A program made the position numbers and the translations under genes. Under the pieces are notes generated by a model. It did no database searches. It saw nothing but the letters and a program-made list of their open reading frames with translations, and had not been told where the DNA came from. From Toensbergia leucococca (taxonomy: Eukaryota): 56,772 nt of DNA. The stretch covers positions 1-56,772 of the forward strand of contig JALDZS010000155.1 in NCBI GenBank assembly GCA_022813965.1, in the 5' to 3' direction. Positions 48,650-56,772 of this stretch are shown here, piece by piece (position 1 is the stretch's first letter; each line of letters starts with the position of its first letter).

Positions 48650-51348
48650 CTAATCGTCATCAAGCACGACGTCGAGAGCGTCGGGATTGACAGTGACCGC
48701 AGCTTTAGGCTGCGTATTTCCGCCTTCCGGTCCGCTGCTGGCAGGAACAAATCCTTGCGGTGCTCGAGCCTGGCGTTCAAGGGCTGCCATTGCGTCAGCT
48801 TTCTCACTCTCCTCCATTGCATCATCCTCCCCCTCCAAGTCTTCAGGCCGTTGCTGACTCCTTGCAAGTGCTTGCGACGCGATGAAATTGACATCGGTAC
48901 TAGGATGTGTTAGTAAATCTTCGCTACACTGGAAAGACAGCCTTTACTTGTATTGAGCTTGCACGCTTCTTTTGATACGGAGCATCTCCTTGAATGTATC
49001 CTCGTTGCCATGCTGCACCTCAAAGGCCTCCCATTTGGACCAGAATGCGGGTGTAGTTCGTGGATCACAGAATTGCGACGCATGCCCAAATATGGCTCTG
49101 GCCCGATCAATCTCTCCTAGCCTTCTCTCCATCTCCGCAAATTTGAGACACATATCCCGTGCCTCTTTGTCGGGTAAGGCTGCGATGGCTCTCTCGTAGA
49201 TTGGACGCGTAGAGGTAAGGCCGAAATTCGAGGCAGATTTAGTAATGTAAAAAGTGAACATCTCGAATCTGTCTTCGTCCGATACTGCACGCGTTGCCCG
49301 TTCGTAGATGCGCATAGCATGCCTTGCAAGCCCGCGTTCCTCCTCCAGGCTCCCGTACATAAGATACAAAACCTTGGCGAATTTAGGGGGGCATCCTTCA
49401 ACAGCTTGCTCGAAGAGATCTCGTAACCTCTCAATCCCAATCTGGCGATCTACCGCCTTCGTCAAGTACAAGTTCCAGAGCTCGAACGCGACAGGATAGC
49501 TGAAGAGGTCAAGGCCTCGCTCGTATACCTTGAAGGATTCCTCAAAGTATTTGTTCTGCTCAAGCAGGTTGGCAAAATTGACCACGGTCTGTGGCGTAGC
49601 AATGCGAAGCTCGAATATTCTCTCATACACTTTTCTTGTCTCTTCTAGCGTGCTGACGCTTTCCACCAGATCAACGTAGAAGCTCCATAACTTCCAGCTC
49701 TTATGGACTCGCTGTTGTGGCGATAGCGTTTCGTCAAAGTAATCCACGGTGGATCTCTTCGGTGCTTGTGTCGCCTTTGCCATGATATCTACCGCTTGAT
49801 CGAAGTTCTCGTTCCGAAGCTCCATCTCGGCCCACTCACACCACATCTCTGCTAGCTCCGCTACTGACTTGAAAGGTACCTTGACAGCTTTTTCCATGAT
49901 GACTCGTGCATTCCGTAGATCGCCTCCATCTTCGTAGAATCTAGCGTAATTCGTCCACAGCTCGTGAAACTTACCCACCGCTTTTCGAGGCTGTACTGCT
50001 GCGATAGCATCGGTATAAGTCTGAACAATCTCTTGCTTATTGTCTCCCCACAACGCAATTCTTTTTTCCCATTCGACAACATTATTGAGATTCTGCCGCA
50101 AAAGGACATCATTTACCAAGAAGGGACGACGATCCATTAGTTGCTCAAAGCGCATCATCCGAATATCCAGGTCAAAGTCTGCGTCCTCATTAGTCTTTCC
50201 TTTGTCAGATCGTGCCGCTGCTGCGTCCATGAGAGTTCCAATGATGGACTCCTCGAATTCTGCAAATGAGTCGAAAACCAGAGTAAAGTCCCGTACTGTC
50301 ATGACGGACATAATCCCCTCCTCAAAGACGTCTCTAGCCCTTTCAAAGCTCCCTTTTGTTATCCAGTAGGTTGCTAATCCAGCCCATAATTTCCCTCTTT
50401 GGTCTACGAACTTCTCGATCCCACTCCGCACGATTTTCTCAACATCAATTGCCACGGTATCGCCCGTTTCTATGACTCTGGCGTGAGTGACTAGTAGATC
50501 AACCATGTCACTCCAGAGTTGAAAATTACTCTTCCCGTTCTTGCTTCGGAATCTTTGGTTGTTGAGTATATCCATGTACTTCTTCACAGTCTCGGTGTAT
50601 TGACGCATCTCTATCAAGAGCTCGATGAAGTCTTCGCTATCTTCCGGATGTATTTGCATATAACGTCTCCAGATCCTCAAAGCAGTCTCTCCTGATGCAG
50701 AATTGGCGAACGGCCGGTACAGTGCCCATACGCGATTATGTTGAGTAATAGGTAGCGCTCGTAATGCTCTATCAAAGGTGCGGCGGGTAGGTGTGACCAA
50801 CGGTTGCTGCATCAAAAAGGAAAGGTACATTTCCCAGATCTTTGGCATCTTGTTAAGTAGAATGAGTGCGCGCTCAAACAGCGCATTGACCTTGTTGTAC
50901 TCCACTGAATGAACGGCAGGGTTCTTATTGCGTAGATGTTTGACTCGCAGTTCAAGGTACTAAAAAGCTCGTTAGCATTGAGATACAACATGTCACATGG
51001 GTTCATTCTACCATCTTCCACAGCTTGTATGAGCGCGGTAATTGACCACAAGCACGCTCCAGTACCTGTAATCTAAATCAGCTCCGCCAGGGAAAAGGTG
51101 CATTGAGCGCGTTACAAAGGCTTTTTCGAGAAGAGTGCCATGCTGATGTTTGAAATCAACGTAGATGAGCCAGGGTTTGATGCTGCCCGGGTCGCGTAGG
51201 ATATCTTGTTCATATACAGTATCATCGCTAGACTAGTCATGGTCAGCAAGGCGCGTCAGTATTTGATTACCAGCGAGTGCCAACTAACGATGAGATACAA
51301 AGTGAGGTCTGGTTTTGGCAACGACTTCTTTGCGCTACTAGCCACCAT
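48650..51348 (-). CDS. SYF1: Pre-mRNA splicing factor Syf1 (HAT repeats), 5 exons
   Basis: YEQDILRDPGSIKPWLIY, RPFLVNDVLLRQN, HGNEDTFKEMLRIKRSVQAQYNTDVNFIASQ; ends ...DALDVVLDDD* (stop 48650-52). Confidence 0.95.
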
Positions 51349-51752
51349 GGTTGGTAGAAGCTCACCAGGCATTTTAAGGTGTGAGGATATCCGTATCTTG
51401 ATCAAGAAACCTTGCACTAATGTGGATCATCGGAATCACGGAATATATGTTTTACCGATCGCCGTACGGAGTACAGGATGCCGATCTGGCGCTGAGTTTA
51501 TCAGTGATAACCTAAAAACTCTATCTTCTAGCTCCCTGCCGTGCCTGCTACTCCGTACCGACAGGGTGACGTGACCTTACCTACTTGAGTCTTCAGCTAC
51601 TCGTACCACTTTACGAGGACAAACTCCTCCTCCTCAGATACGACTGAGAACACTTAATTATCCCATCTTTTCCAATAAGTTTTAGTATTTGAGTAAAATT
51701 AGGAATCCTCTCCTAATTTCCCATTCAGTCGCCGAGAAGCTGATCGAGAAGG
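51349..51752. promoter_or_regulatory. Bidirectional SYF1/VMA8 promoter with an inverted pair of TACGGAGTA elements
   Basis: 404 bp between divergent ATGs; TACGGAGTA at 51465-73 and TACTCCGTA at 51549-57. Confidence 0.6.
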
Positions 51753-53023
51753 ATGTCAGGGGCGGGGGTATGCGAGATATATTCCCGATATTCTCCACAT
51801 TATGAGGACTTGTGCTAAGATGTGCGCATCTAAAAGGATAGGGAAGCTGTATTCCCGACTCGACAATCCTTGGGTGCTATGAAAAGCAAGCTCAAGGGCG
51901 CCGAGGTTGGGCACAGTCTTCTGAAGAGGAAAAGCGAGGCCTTAACCAAGTACGTTCTTATCAGACCATTCACATTTAACAAGTTTGACCCCTATCGCTA
52001 GACGTTTTCGAGGTAGGTAGCTCTACATCAGAGTCGGTGCCAGTGCTGAACCTACAAAGACATCACCAGACGCATTGATGAAGCCAAACGCAAGATGGGC
52101 CGGGTTATGCAAATCGCTGCTTTCTCTCTTGCGGAGGTCACGTACGCTGTTGGAGGAGATATAGGATATCAGATCCAGGAATCTGCAAAGTCTGCCCGTT
52201 TTCGAGTTCGAACAAAGCAAGAAAATGTGTCCGGGGTTTTTCTTCCACAATTCGAGAGTTTCACTACGGAAGGCAAAAATGACTTTGGCTTGACTGGACT
52301 TGGCAAGGGAGGCCAGCAGGTTCAGCGTTGTCGGGAGACCTACGCCAGAGCGGTGGAGACGTTAGTAGAGCTTGCAAGTCTCCAAGTAAGTTAAGGTACG
52401 GCCTTTATGATTACTTTTGCTAAGACGCTGTTTGTAGACGGCATTCGTGATTCTTGATGAGGTTATAAAGGTAGTGAATCGAAGAGGTAAGTCCAAGATG
52501 TTCGCGGCTCTTGAACATAGGTTGACAAGGATTATCACAGTAAATGCTATGTAAGTCCATACTCCCGTCCTCAAGCGGTACGAAACTGTGATGTTGAACT
52601 TTTGCTTGCGGCAGAGAGCATGTATGGAATTATCCTATCAATATCTTACAAGCTATTCTAAGTTGAATCCGCAGATCATCATACCACGCACAGAGAATAC
52701 CATCAAATGTAGGCAAGTATCTCGAGGCAAATATGGCCGCGCGCTAAAAAGGTGCAGATATTAATTCCGAGCTTGACGAGCTTGACCGAGAAGAGTTCTA
52801 TCGTTTGAAAAAGGTCAAATACCCATCGGCCAGGGCTATCCACCTAATGCTCAGCTTTCACTGACATTGTACGACACAGGTTAAAAACAACAAGCAGAAG
52901 AACAATGAGGCGGCAGAGCTGGAGAATGCAGCCAAAAGGCGCGAGAGCGACAAGGAGAACACAGGAGGGCCTGACTCTTCCGACGTTCTTGGCGAGCAAG
53001 AGGACAGAGATGTCATTTTCTGA
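51753..53023 (+). CDS. VMA8: V-ATPase V1 subunit D, 10 exons including microexons
   Basis: DREAVFPTRQSL, GHSLLKRKSEALT, GLGKGGQQVQRC, LVELASLQ, NRRVNAIEHIIIPR, ELDELDREEFYRLKKV, ...DVIF*. Confidence 0.95.
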
Positions 53024-53294
53024 TAGACTCCCAATCATGTTGCGTGTATCTTGCTAGAGCATAGGGGATGTGAAACATTTAGAGCATCCTACGATGTCTA
53101 TCAGACTTGTATTGATATGGAGCTTTACTATGCGATCAGCCTTTGGCGAAAGAAAACATGTCTCAGGATATTCTCTGTCAAGTAAAATCGCTCTGCAGTA
53201 GGGTCTGGCTCCTACGCCTTGAAACGCCTGTTATATGTACATGGAGACTCGTCAGGACTTCCTAATAAGACTGTGACAGCACCGTAGACTTGAA

Positions 53295-54247
53295 TCATTG
53301 CCGTTGATACACCACTTTTGTTACTTTGTTTTCGTCGCCCAGAGCCATTCCCGCAGTGCTCTCCTTTGCACTTATGGCTCCAGCCTCGGCTTCATACTCC
53401 ACGAAGGCGATTCCCTTTCTTCCTGGTACCAGGCGGACTTCCCTAAACCCTTCGAACCTTCCAAAGATCGACGTAAGACTGTCCACATCGTAGTCTTCGG
53501 GAAGATTCTGCACGAAAAGGATCTTGTTTGGCGGTAGATACTCCTCTGGGACTACGGCTCCTGCTCCCGGATTGGACGACTTGAGACCAGCACCACGAGA
53601 TGCTTTGATAGGTCTTGCGTTACCAGAATCTGCAGCATTTGCAGGGGCAGGTCTCTTAAGCTTCTTCTGGGCTTCTGCGGCTTCATGTGCTTGCTTTCTT
53701 TCTAGATGGGAAAATACTCTAATCAGCTCGCCTGTACGGTCCAGAAGTGTTGTCAGTAGCCAAAGCTATAGTAACGTACCCTTCTCCGCTAAACGCCTCC
53801 GTTTATGTGTTTCCAGTTCGTCTATATTACCCTCCCTCTGCACAGTAGCATCACTCCTAGTCTTGGCGTAGTCAAGGATCATAGGTTTGTCGAAGAGCTC
53901 AAACCCTTGCACCTCCTTGATAGCGCGCTCCGCGGCTTCGACTTCGTCGAAGACTATGAAGGCCTGACCCTTGGCTTTCAAATTCGTTTTCGCGACTAGA
54001 TCGATAACGTTGCCGTACTCGGAGAAGATCTCGGTAAGAGCATCTTTGAGCTGATCGACTTTTATCCTTTCCTCCAAGTTCTTGACCTATTGCCAGCATC
54101 AGCATTTGAGCCTCTAGCTGCTGGTGTCTGTGAAGGACTTACATAGACTCTATCAGTTTCGTCAGCCAAAAGTCTCGTACCGGCCAGGCTAACTTACGTC
54201 GCGCTTGGCGGATTGGTCACACCGTTGTGTGTCGCTATCGTAGCCAT
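53295..54247 (-). CDS. U1A/U2B''-family snRNP protein (two RRMs)
   Basis: PPSATVYVKNLEE, KAKGQAFIVF, YAKTRSD; second RRM PPNKILFVQNLP...FREVRLVPGRKGIAFVEY; three introns. Confidence 0.92.
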
Positions 54248-54618
54248 GTTCGCAGTATGGGTACTTGGTAATTGTTGCGATACGTAGAATAATACTGATC
54301 CCCCTCAAAATTTACTAAAATGCCTAGCGGAACTTTTCTAGTTCATCAGTGTATTTTTATTGTAATTTATTTATCCTACCGTTATTTAACTGAGTACGCC
54401 ATTAGCAGCATTTATCATCATCTTCAATTACCTACCCATTAACACACATTCCATTCCATTGTGAGTCATCGTACGACTTTACACCACTACTTTTGCTACT
54501 TTGATAATCTGAATGATTTTAATTTCAGGGTTTGGAGCCTCTTTGGCAATAAATACCGTGCTCTCCTAGCAATTTTTCTACTTACCTATCCTTCCCAAGT
54601 GCGCTCTTTCATCTATGA
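54248..54618. promoter_or_regulatory. Bidirectional U1A-like/CCA1 promoter region
   Basis: 371 bp, AT-rich, between divergent start codons. Confidence 0.5.
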
Positions 54619-56384
54619 ATGTGTTTATTTCAAAGATTTCCAACTCAACGTTGGTCTTTTCGCGCAAGAATTCAGAGGGTCTTTGGCCTACGAAGCATAT
54701 CCATGGAGAAATCCATAGTGCTAACAGAGCAGGAGAAGACCCTGCGTCAACTCCTGCTCGATACCTCAAATTACATAAGTACTATCAAGGGATGTACAAA
54801 ACCCGAACTCAGATTCACTGGAGGCTGGGTTCGAGACAAGCTCCTAGGTCTATCAAGCAAGGACATTGACGTTAGCATAAGTACGATGACTGGCTTCCGA
54901 TTTGGAACATTGATGAAAGAATATCTAGCACAACCAGATACGAAGTCAAAATATAGTCAAGATGTTCTCGGCGGATTGGCAAAGATCGAAGCAAATCCCG
55001 AAAAGTCGAAGCATCTTGAAACGGTCACGACGAAGATCCTGGGCCTCGAAATAGACCTTGTCAACCTGCGCAAAGAGACTTATGCCGAAGACAGTAGAAA
55101 CCCTACCATGGAATTTGGAACTCCCGAAGATGATGCCGTCCGTCGAGACGCCACTGTAAACGCCCTTTTTTATAATCTCAATACATCGGAGGTGGAAGAC
55201 TTTACAGGACAGGGCCTTGATGATATGCAGCTCAAAATCATACGAACACCCCTTCCACCTTATCAGACTTTCAAAGACGATCCGTTGCGGGTCCTGAGGT
55301 GCATTCGTTTCGCAAGTAGATTAGGGTTCAAGATCGATTGCGAAGCAGAGCAGTCAATGAATGATTGGGAAATAAAGGATGCTCTGAGGATCAAGATCAG
55401 TCGCGAAAGGGTCGGTATTGAAATTACAAAAATGCTGAAAGGTTTGTATCAGTCTAGGTATTCCCTGCTGTTCGTACCTGACGGTTTACAGGGCCATACC
55501 CCTATGAGGCGCTTTGCCTTATAGATCGCTTAGGCTTGTATAACATAGTCTTCACTAATCCTCTTGACCATACATTTAAGCTCGCCGACACGGGGCCTTG
55601 GAAGCAAGCATATAATCAGCTCCTAGAAATCTTAAACTTTGATCGTGAAGACGCAACCCCGATCAAATTTTTGCAAATCATCAATTCCACCCTGATTCGA
55701 GATGCGCAGGAATTGCATCTCGCCTGGCTCCTCGGTGCCTTAGTCCCTTGGGCGAAAGCAGCACCATCTCCTCGGAAGACTTCGTATTCCAAGCCTTCGT
55801 CCCCGGTGGCAGCTGTTGTAGCTCGAGAAGGCATCAAAATCGAAAACAAGGTATTAAAAATCATCGAGGGTGCTGTACTACACCTACAAGAGGTGAAGGA
55901 TGCAGTAGCCGCACAAAGTGCGTCGTCTACGTCGCCGCTCAAACGAAAGCTAGAAACAAGCAGCCGCGAAGCTCAAGGCATGGCAATACGTCGGTGGGGT
56001 TCCCATTGGCGGAGCAATGTCATGTTCGCACTTCTTGTACAAGCTTCAGAGACTCAAAATGATGCCGGTAAGTTCAACAAGGACAAAAAAGTCTCGACAT
56101 TTCTAACAGTAACAGAACGTCGGGGTCTATTGAAAAGCTATGCCGCGTGGTTGGCGCAACTCAAGTCACTCGATTTGCTAGATGTTGTCTCGCTAAAGCC
56201 GCTTGTCGACGGCAAACAGCTTTTGGAAGCCGTAAGCCCGAACAACGGTCCATGGATGCAGAGAGCCCTGGCAATTGCCATGGAATGGCAGCTACGCAAT
56301 CCAAACGAGACAGATCCACACCTTGGTATTGCGGAGGTTTTAGAAAGAAGGGTCGAACTAGAGAGACTAGGTCTCGGATGCTAA
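54619..56384 (+). CDS. CCA1: CCA tRNA nucleotidyltransferase
   Basis: GGWVRDKLLG, DIDV, NPEKSKHLET, DLVNLRKETY, EDDAVRRDATVNALFYN, TFKDDPLRVLRCIRF, KISRERVGIE; introns starting near 55441 and at 56068-56115. Confidence 0.95.
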
Positions 56385-56772
56385 TTTTGACATTCCCACC
56401 TCTGTTAAATGAGTTATCGAGTAAGACATCAGGACAACTTCGAAGACCATCAAATTCTAGGAACACGAGCACAAGCCAAGAGCTCAATTTCTCCTAAGAG
56501 AAGGTATGGAAAGCGTATTTTCTCATGTGTACGCCTAAAGCTAACCAACGAATGGCCAATCTAGGGCATATCTCATTCTTCGTAGCTATGTAAACAGAAC
56601 ACAACTATTTTACCTATTTACCATATGCTCGATCAGGTAGCGAGAAGCTTCTGATTGTCTAGTTACCAAGTGGAGTTGATTGAATCATGGAACCAAGCGT
56701 ATACTCATTCTTCTGCTACTCACGCTTTCCCGAGGCCTGCCTACTCAATGTTGTCAGAAACTCCTCTCTGAT

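Noticed and set aside
48616..48894. ORF-track frame as the last SYF1 exon
   Set aside because: Splice phase and the conserved NTDVNFIASQ sequence select the frame that ends at 48650.
1..56772. tRNA, rRNA, snRNA genes and CRISPR arrays
   Set aside because: None recognised by eye and no repeat-spacer arrays seen; small ncRNAs could be missed without an Infernal/tRNAscan search.

Overview
Intron-rich genomic DNA from a filamentous ascomycete (Pezizomycotina), judged from short GT-AG introns with CTRAC/CTAAY branch sites and from RIP-type (C>T / G>A) mutation of repeats. About 17 protein-coding genes and one pseudogene can be read. The left half is more accessory: an amino-acid permease, a HeLo-like N-terminal-domain protein, a secreted tyrosinase, a GH17 glucanase, a Gly/Gln-rich protein, a methyltransferase, a hexose transporter, a Zn2Cys6 factor, an unknown protein, a DHH/RecJ-like phosphoesterase, an HSL-esterase pseudogene and a SIMPL protein. 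The right half is housekeeping: ANP1, a GEA/GBF1-type ARF-GEF, L-arabinitol dehydrogenase, SYF1, VMA8, U1A/U2B'' and CCA1. An 812-bp TA-flanked pogo/Tc2-like element lies at 12.1-13.0 kb. An AT-rich island at about 31.9-36.4 kb holds nested hAT and Fot1/pogo transposase relics, several solo LTRs and a long degenerate palindrome. The most notable observations are three GC-AG introns in one tyrosinase gene, an intact RecJ-like DHH enzyme with an NLS and a C-terminal PIP-like box, a tail-to-tail inverted duplication with a solo LTR at its centre, and a recurring TACGGAGTA promoter element. All calls come from reading and translating by eye. No database searches were run, and exon boundaries and start codons are inferred.
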